A stretch of 44,474 nucleotides of DNA, taken from a virus. Lineage: Duplodnaviria > Caudoviricetes. The position numbers and the translations under genes were made by a program. Location: positions 1 through 44,474 of the IMG/VR virus record IMGVR_UViG_3300019937_000002; one strand, written 5' to 3'. The stretch's first letter is position 1. Every line of letters starts with the position of its first letter. The notes under the pieces are model-generated. The model saw nothing but the letters and a program-made list of their open reading frames with translations, was not told the origin of the DNA and did no database searches. Positions 34,120 to 44,467 of the stretch are shown one piece after another.

Positions 34120-36852
34120 ATGGCACGACTACAATATCAACCCGCTACAAAACCAAGAGGATTCCAACCTATTCAACTTAGTAGGGCTGGTATTGCTCGA
34201 ATGGAAGAAGAAGGTAACCGGGTAATCCGTAACTTAGAACAAGAACGTGACGCTACAATCAGACAAAGGCAGGAAGACCTTCAAGCAATGAAGGAAAACG
34301 CTGCCTATGAACGGCAAGCAGCAGAAAAAAATCAGAAAATTATAGAAACCAATTTAGAAAATGAGCGATTAAGCATTGAAGCTGAGCAAAAAGCAAAGCG
34401 ACAACAAGCTGATGCTAAGGCTAAATCAATTGAGTCAACAGTAACCGGATTAGTTAATTTCAGTGTAACTCTTGGTAAACAAGCTGCTGAAAAAACTAAG
34501 AAGATGATTGAAGATCAAATTGCAGAAGGTGCACAAGCATCACGGCAAGCGTATCTTGATAACCCTGAACAAAAAAATAACTATGCAGTAGTTGAAAGAC
34601 AACTTGATGTTACCATTGAAAAATATGATCAGGCTGAGTTCATTTCAGGTCAAGCAGGTTTTACCTCATCTTTTGAAGCATCTAGAAATCTTGTAGCTAA
34701 TCCTGGTCGTGGCTATTATTGGAAAAAAGGTTTTTATAATGAGCAGATAAGACAACACTACCCTACGATGGTTGATAGGGTACTTCAAAGTACTGAAGAG
34801 ATTTTTGTCGATAAAAACGGTAACAAATTTTCAGGTATACAAGCTGTCAATGACCCCGATAAGATGCGTATTGTACTAGGTAAGGTACAAGACCGTTTAT
34901 ATGGAGCATCTGGTTTAGATGTCAATTCACTTGAACCAGGATTTTTAGAACCTTCTAGTGAATTTGTTGCTAAATTCGTTACTACTAAAATACGCCAAGC
35001 ATCAAATAAAGCAACTGATAAAAATTATACTATTCTTGCTGAACGAGGAGAAGATCTAAGAAGTCAAGGTAAACCAGCAGCTGCTTTTTGGCTAGATTCA
35101 AAAAACCCTAAACTTGGTAGACAAGGTGCTTTAAAGAATTTCTTTGGTCTATACTCTGCAAAAAATGCTGATGGTTCATTTCGGTATTCAGTAGAAGAAT
35201 TAGACGCTCAAATTATTACACCTGATGGACAGGCTGTTTCTGAAAAATGGGGTAATAGCCAACGTTATCAAGACGCTATCGCTGCTAGAGTTAGAATTAA
35301 CAGAGAGTCTAGAAGTGCTGAGCGTGCTAATACTAGATTAGAAGCCGCAGAGTTTGCTGATCGTGCTGTACCACAAATGCAAGAGTACTTTGAAAATGCT
35401 GACGCACAAGGAGATCTACAAGGTGCAGCTACGTTTGAAAAAGAATTTTACAAAAGATTTCCTAATCAAACGTTACCTAGTGGTTATGTACGAGCAAAGA
35501 AAGCAGCGTTAAAAGAAAACTACGATGCTGAAGTAGCAGCTATTCAAGCTAGAGCTAAAACCCAAACGTTAGACAAAGAGTTTGTAGATGCCATTGAAAA
35601 CCCTAAATTACAACTTGCTGCTATTAAGGCATTTAAAGAACAAGAAACAGCTAAGTATGGTCCTAAGTATGGTGTAATGCAAAAAAGTTTGGTTTCTGAA
35701 GCTAAAACATTAACAAAGTTTGATCCAACTGTAGAAGGACCAGGCTCTGGTACAACTATTATGGTAACTAATGCTCTTAAAAATGAGTACAAATATTTCT
35801 TTAAAACTTTAGTTGATAAAGGTGTGCCTATTGACGCAGCTGCTGATCAAGCTTACGCACAGCTTACAGATTATATTGCTAAAGGTAAGACAGATAAAAC
35901 AAATAAATTTTATACAGAAACAGGTGCACTTAATAAACCGACTTTTCCAAACATTCAAGGTGCTACTCAAGCAATATCAGCTAGTTCTCAAGAACAGCGT
36001 AATGAATTAAATAAGCTTATTTTACAAAATAATGCAAACGTTGGTGGTGTCTTTAGCATACCAAATGCTGTATTGTCTGAAACTCAAATTGAAACTACTG
36101 TAAATTCTTATTATGCTGATAACGGTACTTTTAAGATTCCAGTAGATATTCAATATGCTGCGAAACTTGCAGGAGTAAATCCTATAGCTGCTATTAATGA
36201 ACAGATTCAAGCGTCTAATGAAAAGTATGGTACGAATAGAAGGTTGATAACACCCTCACCAGCTGAAGAAGCTATCTTTGATCAAGTACCTTCAGTTCAA
36301 AAACTATTTACTGATTCTGAGAAAATGTCTCAAACTAGATTTTCTCGTGGCACGGCTCACCTTACAGGTACAGCTCGTCCTGTAAGAGCTAGTATGACTG
36401 GTACTGGAGTAGCACCTATTCAACAGACAAATGCGCTTGTAGAAGTCGCTGGAGAGTTAGGTGTAAACCCTATTGATCTTGCTACTATCATTGGATTTGA
36501 AACTGCTGGTACTTATGATCCTGGTATTGTTGGTGGAGAAGGTGGTAATTATCAAGGTTTGATTCAATTCGGTGGTCCTGAAAGAGCTGCTTATGGTGTA
36601 GTACCAGGTATGTCTTTTGAAGAACAACTACGTGGTCCTGTGAAGAAATTTTTCCAAGATAGATTTAAAAGCGTAGGTATGTCTACACAAGGTGCTAGTT
36701 TAGAAGATCTTTATACTACAGTTCTTGCTGGCAACCCTAAAGCAAATAGGAATGCACGTGATTCATTTGGGACTTCTGCTAGAAGTGGTGTTGCAAAAAT
36801 GGGTCCACATAGAGAAAGAGCAATGCAACGCTTTGGATTTAGTCAAAATTAA
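34120..36852 (+). CDS. Internal virion protein (gp15-like) with C-terminal lysozyme/transglycosylase-like domain
   Basis: Synteny; LATIIGFETAG...YQGLIQFG near the C-terminus. Confidence 0.75.
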   Translation: MARLQYQPATKPRGFQPIQLSRAGIARMEEEGNRVIRNLEQERDATIRQRQEDLQAMKENAAYERQAAEKNQKIIETNLENERLSIEAEQKAKRQQADAKAKSIESTVTGLVNFSVTLGKQAAEKTKKMIEDQIAEGAQASRQAYLDNPEQKNNYAVVERQLDVTIEKYDQAEFISGQAGFTSSFEASRNLVANPGRGYYWKKGFYNEQIRQHYPTMVDRVLQSTEEIFVDKNGNKFSGIQAVNDPDKMRIVLGKVQDRLYGASGLDVNSLEPGFLEPSSEFVAKFVTTKIRQASNKATDKNYTILAERGEDLRSQGKPAAAFWLDSKNPKLGRQGALKNFFGLYSAKNADGSFRYSVEELDAQIITPDGQAVSEKWGNSQRYQDAIAARVRINRESRSAERANTRLEAAEFADRAVPQMQEYFENADAQGDLQGAATFEKEFYKRFPNQTLPSGYVRAKKAALKENYDAEVAAIQARAKTQTLDKEFVDAIENPKLQLAAIKAFKEQETAKYGPKYGVMQKSLVSEAKTLTKFDPTVEGPGSGTTIMVTNALKNEYKYFFKTLVDKGVPIDAAADQAYAQLTDYIAKGKTDKTNKFYTETGALNKPTFPNIQGATQAISASSQEQRNELNKLILQNNANVGGVFSIPNAVLSETQIETTVNSYYADNGTFKIPVDIQYAAKLAGVNPIAAINEQIQASNEKYGTNRRLITPSPAEEAIFDQVPSVQKLFTDSEKMSQTRFSRGTAHLTGTARPVRASMTGTGVAPIQQTNALVEVAGELGVNPIDLATIIGFETAGTYDPGIVGGEGGNYQGLIQFGGPERAAYGVVPGMSFEEQLRGPVKKFFQDRFKSVGMSTQGASLEDLYTTVLAGNPKANRNARDSFGTSARSGVAKMGPHRERAMQRFGFSQN

Positions 36853-36870
36853 ATTAAAAAAACAAACAAC

Positions 36871-39800
36871 ATGAACGATCCATTAGATTATTCAAATGTT
36901 GGCAGTGAATATATGTTGAGTGAAGAAGATCGTAACAAGCAACTCTCTAATGAACAACTAGAAGAAATTCAACAGAGAGTTGAAGCTTACGAACAGCAAC
37001 AACAGCGACTTCAAGAACAAGAGACACAACCTCCTACGGGAGGTCAAACTGCACCAACATCTGAACAACCTCTGCCTACGGGTGAGGTTACAACGCAACC
37101 AGAAATGGCTGCTGAACCATTTGATCCAAGTAAAGATTACTCTTATTACGAAGCCCAAGGTATGAGCCGTGGGGAATGGAACCGTTTGCAAATGAGCGGT
37201 GGGGTTGGAAGTGAAGTAGAAGGGTTTGCTACTGATCCTAGATACGCTATGGAACTAGCAACTGCTGTACCTGTTGGTGGTGTATTAGATCCAATCACTG
37301 ATTTAGCTAATAAATTCCTACCAAAAAGCGCACAGATTCCTAAGGTAACACCTTATGAAAATGGTGTATCATCAGCAGTAAGAGCTATTTCTTCTGTTGT
37401 TGTACCTACATTAGCCTTTCAAGGTGCTGGTATGGCACTAGCAGCTAAAGCACAGGCTGCAACTACTAAAGCTCTAGGAGCTGGTAACGTCATTAATAGG
37501 TTAGGTAATACTGCCTTTATGAAGTTTCTTGGTTCTAGAGGTGTAGAAGCAGGTGCTAGTGTTGCTGTTGGTGCATTTAGTTCTGAGTATGAAGAAGACA
37601 ATGCTTTTGGTACTCTTAAAAAAGCTTTGCCACCACAATATGATTTTATTCCTGATAGCTGGGCTACATTAGATACTGATAGTCCAGATGAAAAACGTAT
37701 TAAAAACATCAATGAAGATTTAGGTCTTGGTTTTCTTATTCCGTTTGTAGGGTTTCTTGGTAAGTTTGGTTCTGCAATTGATGAAGTAGGCAAAACATTT
37801 AAAAGAGCACCTAAAATGGTAGGTGAAACATCACAAGCTAAAAAAATTATTAATGATATAACACCAGCTGCTAAAAGCGATGATGCAGTAGAAGAACTAT
37901 CTAGGTATGCTGCTAAACAAGAAGCAGATCTTGATGAGCTTGGATATTACAACCAAGCTGTAAATCCTAATGCTAATGTTCCATTAAAAGGTGTAAATGA
38001 CCTTTATGATTGGAATGAAGTTGGAATGCGTTCTGTTGATGATTTTGGTATCATTGGTGCTAGTGTTGATGCAGTACGTGTTGCTAAAAACAAAGGATCA
38101 GTTTATGGTCGTTTAGGTAGCTTCATTAGTGAACCTGCACGTAAATATGCTATTACTACACCAGGTGGTGTCGAAGAAGTTACGCTTGGTCTTACCAAAC
38201 AACTCAAAGATGCTGACCGTTATGGTATGGAAGCAGCTGATTGGTCAATTAGTTTTGATGAAATCTCTGAACAAGGTGATAACTTAGTACTTGAATTGTT
38301 TGACCCTACTGTTGGTGTTGATGAGATTCGTAAGATTCTTGATCCTGTTATTGTAAAAAATGAGTTTGGTGTCGAGACATTAACTGATGAAGGTTATGCT
38401 GGTATCTTTAGGATGATCAATGATCAAGCTAAAGAATTTACTGGTATGGATATTGCTAAAGCACAAGCTTATACTGCTACTTCTTTATCAGGTCAAATCG
38501 CTGACCTATCTGAAGGTGTTAGACTTAACCGAGGTTCAGCTGCTGTTGATCAAGCTAAAGAAAAAATTCGTGATAATCTTGCATATCTACAACAACTACA
38601 AGGTACTACTAAGTATTATTTAGATAAGAAACGTGGTATTATGCGTTTAGGTGAACGTGTGCGTGCATTCGGTAAGACACCTGAACAACTTATTAAACAA
38701 ATCCAAGAGGATACACCGCAAGCTTTACGTATTATCCAAGACGAAAGTGATAGGTTTACCCAAAGCTGGGAATATTTACAAGAAAATAACCCAGAAGTTC
38801 TTGATTCATTTCTTGAATTATATGAACTTAGTGACGGTAAGATCAATAGTATTACTAAAATGAATGAAGATATTCTAAATAGCTTTGTTCGTTGGCGTCC
38901 ACTTATTGATGGTACTCCTGATGCACCTAATATCTTAGATCAAGCTGTTAGAGCTAATTTCTTTAATTCTATTTTGTCTTCTGTTGGAACAGCTGGTAGA
39001 GCTTTATATGGTAACTTAAGTGGATTGGTTGCAGAACCAGTATCTTATTTTGCTGGTGCTATGATGCGTAAAGATCTTAAGTCTATTCAACGTGGTTGGA
39101 TGGCTTATAGTGCTATCCTTGATACTCAAATGAAAGCCTTACCTTATGCTGGTAAGTTATTCATGAAAGCATCACAAAATCCTAATAGTGTGGCAGGTGC
39201 AACTAGGTTAGACTTAGTAATTAAAAATGAAAAGAAACTAGCACAATACAAAAATATCGCTAGACTTGAAGCAGAAAGAGGTAACCTTGGTTTTAAATTT
39301 CTTGTAGATCAATATGAGAATTTACAACATATGGCAGCTGATCCTGTATTTAGAATTACACCTAATACATTTACTGGTTTTGATGGCTTTACTTCTGCTA
39401 ACTTAGCTAATGCTACTGCACGTTTCCGTGCTATGGATGAGCTAGAACGTCTTGGTAAAGAAGCAACACCTGCTAATATTAAAAAGATTGCTGACAAAGA
39501 ATACAATAGTATGTTTAATGAAAACGGTATTATTGTTGATGAAGCAGTTAAATATAATACTGGAGAGATTGCATTAAACCTTGATACTGGATTAAATACT
39601 CAACTAAATGGTCTTTTACAAGAAATACCTGGATTAAGACCTTTTATTATGTTCCCAGGAACTATGGCCAATATGGTTAGAGTTGCTGATGATTATTTAC
39701 CTGCACCTTTACGTTCTTTTCAACGTGATGTAAATGAATTAGCTTATACCTCTGTTGAAACATTTATAGAACAACCTGAATTAGTAGAAAATATTCTTAC

Positions 39801-40977
39801 TAAACGTGGTTATAAAATAACTCAAATGGATGAAACAGCTAGGTTAAATGCTATTGTAGATTTAAAAAATAAGACATTAGGTAAAAAAGCAATTGGTACT
39901 TTTGTGACTTCTTTGGCTGTTGGTTCTGTTTTAAAAGATAAACTATTTGGTGATGGTTTATTTAGTATTACAGGTGATGGTAATGTTGACAGACAATTAC
40001 AAAGAGCACGTACTAAAAATAGTAACTGGAAAGATCGTTCAATTGTGGGATCTGATGGTACTAGATTTGAATATGACGAAGTACTTGGACCTGGTTTAAG
40101 TAATTGGGTTGCTACTGTAGCTAACATTGCTGATAACTTTGATATGCTTGGTGAAGCAGCTACAGAGAACTTATTTCAAAAAGCAGCTTTTGTACTTTCA
40201 GCTGGTTTGACTGATCAAGCTGGTTTGTCTGCATTACGTCCTCTTGTAGAAACTTTAAGTGGAAACCAATTTGCTGCTACTACTTTTGCTGCTGGTCAAA
40301 TTAACTCACTTGGTCCTTTAGGGGGTTTACGTAATGAATTTGGTAAAATTATAGATGGTGGCCTAAAAGAGATCAATAATGATATTATAAGTCATTTGAA
40401 AAATCGTAACCAATTACTTGGTGTGATTGATCCTGCTAACAGATTACCTACTGTAATCAGTCCTGTAACAGGTGAAGCCCCTAATAAATACACAATGCTA
40501 CAACGTATTTATAATTCTTACTCACCACTTAAAATACATCCTGCAATGTCTAAAGAAGAACAATTCCTCTATGATATTGAATATGATGTTTCTAGTGCAT
40601 TTAAGAAACGTAATGGTGTTGATTTGTTAAATACTGAACGTGCTGAATTAAGTAGCCTTATGGGTAAAAACGGTTATTTTAGAAATGAAATCAAAAATAT
40701 TATGCGTACAGCTGATGCACGTAATACTATTAATGAACTACAAGAAGCACGTAGAAATGGAATAACTTCTGATAAAGTACCTATCGGTAAATATGATCAG
40801 ATCCATATGATGCTGGATACAGCACTTAAAAATGCGGAAGAATTAGCTTTTAGTGAATTGGAATCCCCAGTACGTCTTTCTATTGAACAACGTATTATGG
40901 AAAAACAAATGACTGATCAAAGAGCTGAACAAGGTTTAATGCCTGGAATTGATTCAACACTTAACATTCGTTACTAA
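36871..40977 (+). CDS. Internal virion protein (gp16-like)
   Basis: 1368 aa; synteny before the tail fibre. Confidence 0.75.
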   Translation: MNDPLDYSNVGSEYMLSEEDRNKQLSNEQLEEIQQRVEAYEQQQQRLQEQETQPPTGGQTAPTSEQPLPTGEVTTQPEMAAEPFDPSKDYSYYEAQGMSRGEWNRLQMSGGVGSEVEGFATDPRYAMELATAVPVGGVLDPITDLANKFLPKSAQIPKVTPYENGVSSAVRAISSVVVPTLAFQGAGMALAAKAQAATTKALGAGNVINRLGNTAFMKFLGSRGVEAGASVAVGAFSSEYEEDNAFGTLKKALPPQYDFIPDSWATLDTDSPDEKRIKNINEDLGLGFLIPFVGFLGKFGSAIDEVGKTFKRAPKMVGETSQAKKIINDITPAAKSDDAVEELSRYAAKQEADLDELGYYNQAVNPNANVPLKGVNDLYDWNEVGMRSVDDFGIIGASVDAVRVAKNKGSVYGRLGSFISEPARKYAITTPGGVEEVTLGLTKQLKDADRYGMEAADWSISFDEISEQGDNLVLELFDPTVGVDEIRKILDPVIVKNEFGVETLTDEGYAGIFRMINDQAKEFTGMDIAKAQAYTATSLSGQIADLSEGVRLNRGSAAVDQAKEKIRDNLAYLQQLQGTTKYYLDKKRGIMRLGERVRAFGKTPEQLIKQIQEDTPQALRIIQDESDRFTQSWEYLQENNPEVLDSFLELYELSDGKINSITKMNEDILNSFVRWRPLIDGTPDAPNILDQAVRANFFNSILSSVGTAGRALYGNLSGLVAEPVSYFAGAMMRKDLKSIQRGWMAYSAILDTQMKALPYAGKLFMKASQNPNSVAGATRLDLVIKNEKKLAQYKNIARLEAERGNLGFKFLVDQYENLQHMAADPVFRITPNTFTGFDGFTSANLANATARFRAMDELERLGKEATPANIKKIADKEYNSMFNENGIIVDEAVKYNTGEIALNLDTGLNTQLNGLLQEIPGLRPFIMFPGTMANMVRVADDYLPAPLRSFQRDVNELAYTSVETFIEQPELVENILTKRGYKITQMDETARLNAIVDLKNKTLGKKAIGTFVTSLAVGSVLKDKLFGDGLFSITGDGNVDRQLQRARTKNSNWKDRSIVGSDGTRFEYDEVLGPGLSNWVATVANIADNFDMLGEAATENLFQKAAFVLSAGLTDQAGLSALRPLVETLSGNQFAATTFAAGQINSLGPLGGLRNEFGKIIDGGLKEINNDIISHLKNRNQLLGVIDPANRLPTVISPVTGEAPNKYTMLQRIYNSYSPLKIHPAMSKEEQFLYDIEYDVSSAFKKRNGVDLLNTERAELSSLMGKNGYFRNEIKNIMRTADARNTINELQEARRNGITSDKVPIGKYDQIHMMLDTALKNAEELAFSELESPVRLSIEQRIMEKQMTDQRAEQGLMPGIDSTLNIRY

Positions 40978-42152
40978 TGGCAACTATACAAAATACATAC
41001 ACAGGGGATGGTTCAACCACGAACTATTCATTTACATTTGAATATTTAGATCAAAGTGATGTTAAAGTTGAACTTGACGGAACTGTAACAACTGCTTTTA
41101 CTTTTGTCAACGCTACTACCCTTGGCTTTAATACTGCACCTGGAAATGGTGTAGCTATTCGTATCTTTAGAGATACATCTACGGAAACACTTAAGGCAAC
41201 ATTTTTCCCAGGTTCAGCTATTAAAGCAGAAGATTTAAATACAAATTTTACACAAAACAATTTTGCTAGTCAAGAATCAAAAGCAAATAGCAGTCAAGCT
41301 CCACAAGCTTTAGCTAACTCATTAGCTGCTGTAACTACAGCTAACTCTGCTGCATCTAATGCTTCAGCAGCTTTGGCTGCAGTTAACAATGTGGTAGCAG
41401 CACAAGCTGTCGCTGATGTTGCTGCTCTTGCAGTATTTAATACAAGTGGTTTGTCGGCACAAGACCAAGTTGAAGTTTTTAATAGCACTAATATTCAAAC
41501 CTACAACACTACTTATCCTTCTGCTCCACAAATTACAGGAGTACCAGTTGGTTTTGTTGGAGCTACTGCTCTAACTGTTAAACTTGTTTGGACTGGTTCA
41601 GCTTGGACTTGGAATTCATATTCTTCTACTGATCCTGATAATCGTTACCAACCGCTTGACGCTGGTTTAACATATTTAGATGGCCTTAATTTTACTGACG
41701 AAACTACATTTAAACAAGGCGTTAATCTTGAAATCGGGGTTGATGTACAAGCATATGATGTTAACACAGCTAAACTAGATTCTCCACAAACATTTACTGC
41801 TTCAAATACATTTACTGCTTCAAATACATTTGCTTCTGATCAAACATATCCAAAAATCCCAGCTAATACAAAAACTGCTGCTTATACATTAGTTGTAGCT
41901 GATGCAGGCAAACACATTAATATTGCTACAGGTGGCGTTACAGTACCTAGCAGTGTATTTAGTATAGGTGATGCAGTTAGTATCTATAATAATAGTACTT
42001 CAGATCAAACCATTACAGAAGATACAGGTGTAACATTACGTCAGGTAGGTACAGCTAATACTGGTAATCGAACATTAGCGCAATATGGAGTAGCAACACT
42101 TCTTTGTGTTGACTCTAACACTTTTGTTATTAGTGGTGGAGGATTACGTTAA
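40977..42152 (+). CDS. Tail fibre protein (gp17-like N-terminal anchor)
   Basis: YTGDGSTTNYSFTFEYL...IRIFRDT...GSAIKAEDLN. Confidence 0.9.
   Translation: MATIQNTYTGDGSTTNYSFTFEYLDQSDVKVELDGTVTTAFTFVNATTLGFNTAPGNGVAIRIFRDTSTETLKATFFPGSAIKAEDLNTNFTQNNFASQESKANSSQAPQALANSLAAVTTANSAASNASAALAAVNNVVAAQAVADVAALAVFNTSGLSAQDQVEVFNSTNIQTYNTTYPSAPQITGVPVGFVGATALTVKLVWTGSAWTWNSYSSTDPDNRYQPLDAGLTYLDGLNFTDETTFKQGVNLEIGVDVQAYDVNTAKLDSPQTFTASNTFTASNTFASDQTYPKIPANTKTAAYTLVVADAGKHINIATGGVTVPSSVFSIGDAVSIYNNSTSDQTITEDTGVTLRQVGTANTGNRTLAQYGVATLLCVDSNTFVISGGGLR
41790..41831 (+). repeat. 18-bp tandem duplication in the tail fibre (TFTASN x2)
   Basis: ACATTTACTGCTTCAAAT twice plus a partial copy. Confidence 0.85.
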
Positions 42153-42961
42153 TGGGAATGATGCAAATGTTATTGGGTAGTGGTGGTGGTTTTTTTGCAA
42201 CAGGCGGTGTAATCACCACTTCCGGTAACTATCGTATCCATACTTTTACAAGTACAGGAACCTTAACAGTCGCTTCTGCACCTGTTGGTTCTACTGTTGA
42301 GTACTTAGTTGTTGCTGGTGGCGGCGGTGGTGGCCAAGGTTTTTACGCTGCTGGTGGCGGTGGTGCTGGGGGCATGAGTACCGGAACTTTGGCGCTTAGT
42401 ATCGGTAGTTATTCGGTAACGGTTGGAGCTGGTGGCGCTTTTCGTACCAACGGTTCCGATTCAAGTTTTACCGGAATCGTTTCAACTGGCGGCGGAAGCG
42501 GGGGAAGCGCTAATTATATTGCTACCTCAGGCGGATCTGGTGGCGGGGGAGGATCAACAAATGTTTCGGGTCAAGCTGGTGCTAGCGGTGCTTCAGGACA
42601 AGGGAATAGAGGTGGAGACGGTACAGACGCAGGAGGCGGCATTTATTCCGGCGGCGGTGGTGGCGGTGCCGGCGCGCCAGGCGCAGCAGCGGTTGGTTCG
42701 ACCAGCGGTAACGGCGGATATAGCAGTACATCTTCAATTACAGGTACAACTGTTGCGTATGCTGGCGGAGGTGGCGGCGGCGGCTTAAATTCTTCTCGTG
42801 GTTTTGGAGGTGCCGGTAGCGGGGGCAATGGCGGTATTTACAACACAAACATTGGCGATCACAGCGGGATAGTAAATACAGGCGGAGGCGGTGGAGGGCA
42901 CCCCGGAACCTATGCAGGCTCTGGCGGTTCTGGCATCGTAATTATTCGTTATGAGATATAA
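42152..42961 (+). CDS. Glycine-rich fibre-associated protein
   Basis: IHTFTS.G, YLVVAGGGGGG, GGSGIVIIRY. Confidence 0.8.
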   Translation: MGMMQMLLGSGGGFFATGGVITTSGNYRIHTFTSTGTLTVASAPVGSTVEYLVVAGGGGGGQGFYAAGGGGAGGMSTGTLALSIGSYSVTVGAGGAFRTNGSDSSFTGIVSTGGGSGGSANYIATSGGSGGGGGSTNVSGQAGASGASGQGNRGGDGTDAGGGIYSGGGGGGAGAPGAAAVGSTSGNGGYSSTSSITGTTVAYAGGGGGGGLNSSRGFGGAGSGGNGGIYNTNIGDHSGIVNTGGGGGGHPGTYAGSGGSGIVIIRYEI

Positions 42962-42963
42962 AA

Positions 42964-43284
42964 ATGGCACATTTTGCTAAACTTAATTTTACAAATACTG
43001 TTGTTCAAGTACTTGTAGTATCTAATGATGAACTGCTTGATTCACAAGGCATAGAAAATGAATCTCTTGGTGTAACTTTTCTTCAATCTTTATTTGGTAA
43101 TGATACTACTTGGAAACAAACAAGTTACAACAAAAATTTTAGAAAAAATTATGCTGGTATAGGGTATACTTATAGTTATGAAAAAGACGCTTTTATACCA
43201 CCAATGCCAGACGATGGGGAATCTTGGACTTTAAACGAAGAAACTCTTCAATGGGAACAGGTTTCTAATACATCAGTACCTTAA
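42964..43284 (+). CDS. Fibre-associated protein (MAHFAK...WKQTSYN...YAGIG)
   Basis: Motif commonly found after glycine-rich fibre genes. Confidence 0.7.
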   Translation: MAHFAKLNFTNTVVQVLVVSNDELLDSQGIENESLGVTFLQSLFGNDTTWKQTSYNKNFRKNYAGIGYTYSYEKDAFIPPMPDDGESWTLNEETLQWEQVSNTSVP

Positions 43285-43344
43285 TATTAACTTACTACAT
43301 AGTTAAATGTCTACTTAAATTTAAATTATCCGTTAAATCTTACT

Positions 43345-43506
43345 ATGATTACCCTTATCCGACCAATTTTATTCTCATTTCTACAATCTGAAAAAGTTAA
43401 ACTACTTATTGTAGATATGCTTACAAAACTTGCTCAATCAACCGATAATGATATCGATGATAAAGCAGTTGAATTTATTCGTAACGGTTTATTTCCTAAT
43501 AAATAA
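43345..43506 (+). CDS. Small conserved-looking phage protein (53 aa, ...TDNDIDDKAV)
   Basis: Hand translation; TAATG coupling to the next ORF. Confidence 0.6.
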   Translation: MITLIRPILFSFLQSEKVKLLIVDMLTKLAQSTDNDIDDKAVEFIRNGLFPNK

Positions 43507-43739
43507 TGATTGAAGCAGGGGTATCAGCTCTGATTGGAGCTATTGCAGCAGGTGCTGCTTTAACAAATCGTATACACAATAGAATAGCAGCTTTGGATAG
43601 ACGTGTTGATACCTTTGAATTAAGTGTTGCACAAGATTATGTATCTAAAGCTGATCTTTCAATAATGGTGCAACGTATGGAGGATCATATGATCCGCATT
43701 GAAAACAAATTAGATCAAATTGTATTGAGGAATAGTTAA
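43506..43739 (+). CDS. Small membrane-anchored coiled-coil protein, possibly holin-like
   Basis: N-terminal hydrophobic segment; RIENKLD. Confidence 0.55.
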   Translation: MIEAGVSALIGAIAAGAALTNRIHNRIAALDRRVDTFELSVAQDYVSKADLSIMVQRMEDHMIRIENKLDQIVLRNS

Positions 43740-43916
43740 TTGTCTTATCAAATTATTGATTCATACACCAGTAAAGTACTGGGTACATATGAAACAGAAG
43801 CGCAAGCAGTTCGTGCTGAATCACACCTTGTCCATGAACCTAACGAAACACGTTACGAGATCAAAGCACCAGCTAAACCTAAACCAAAAGCTAAAGCTAA
43901 ACCTAAAGCAAAATGA
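43740..43916 (+). CDS. Small hypothetical protein (58 aa), allele of 6-185 with a KPKAK tail
   Basis: Hand translation. Confidence 0.55.
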   Translation: MSYQIIDSYTSKVLGTYETEAQAVRAESHLVHEPNETRYEIKAPAKPKPKAKAKPKAK

Positions 43917-43938
43917 CAAACAAGAAAGCAACTGAAGA

Positions 43939-44241
43939 ATGACACAAACCCGTACTGAAAGACGGGAATACGAAAGAAATTATCATTTACAAAGACGTTA
44001 CGGAATATCAGCAGAACAATATGATGAGATGCTGAAAAGACAGGATCACAAATGTAAGATTTGTGGTTCTGAAGAACCTAAGGGTAACGGTAACAGGTTC
44101 GCTGTAGACCATTGTCACTCTAGCAATAGAGTGCGTGGTCTTTTGTGTCAAGAGTGCAACCAAGGTCTAGGTAAATTTAACGATGATATCTCTCTACTTT
44201 CCCGAGCTATTACTTATTTAAATGACAAAGAAAGCAACTGA
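43939..44241 (+). CDS. Endonuclease VII-family homing endonuclease
   Basis: YGIS..QY..ML..Q...CKIC...VDHCH...VRGLLC..CN.GLG. Confidence 0.9.
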   Translation: MTQTRTERREYERNYHLQRRYGISAEQYDEMLKRQDHKCKICGSEEPKGNGNRFAVDHCHSSNRVRGLLCQECNQGLGKFNDDISLLSRAITYLNDKESN

Positions 44242-44467
44242 AGAACAGTTTAACGAACTGCATAACCTTGTCACGTCTGAATTCCTTGCCCGTATTAAAT
44301 CGGGTGAGGCTTCTACACAAGATCTAAAAGCAGCTTGTGATTGGTTATCAAAAAATGATATCAGTGGTGTCGCTTTTGAAGGTAGCCCACTAGATAAGCT
44401 AGTTAGTATTATGCCAACTGTTGACCCTGAACTTGTACAACGGAGACTTTATGGTACGAAAGTCTAG
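44222..44467 (+). CDS. terS: Terminase small subunit (second allele)
   Basis: Near-identical to 163-411 with a recoded 5' half. Confidence 0.8.
   Translation: MTKKATEEQFNELHNLVTSEFLARIKSGEASTQDLKAACDWLSKNDISGVAFEGSPLDKLVSIMPTVDPELVQRRLYGTKV

Noticed and set aside
2766-42970. Minus-strand ORFs and alternative-frame ORFs nested in long genes
   Set aside because: Shadow ORFs of + strand genes with no recognisable motifs; the genome organisation is unidirectional.
40977-43284. Second DGR target among the tail fibre genes
   Set aside because: No sequence resembling the TR was seen by eye; a BLASTN of TR against the genome would confirm.
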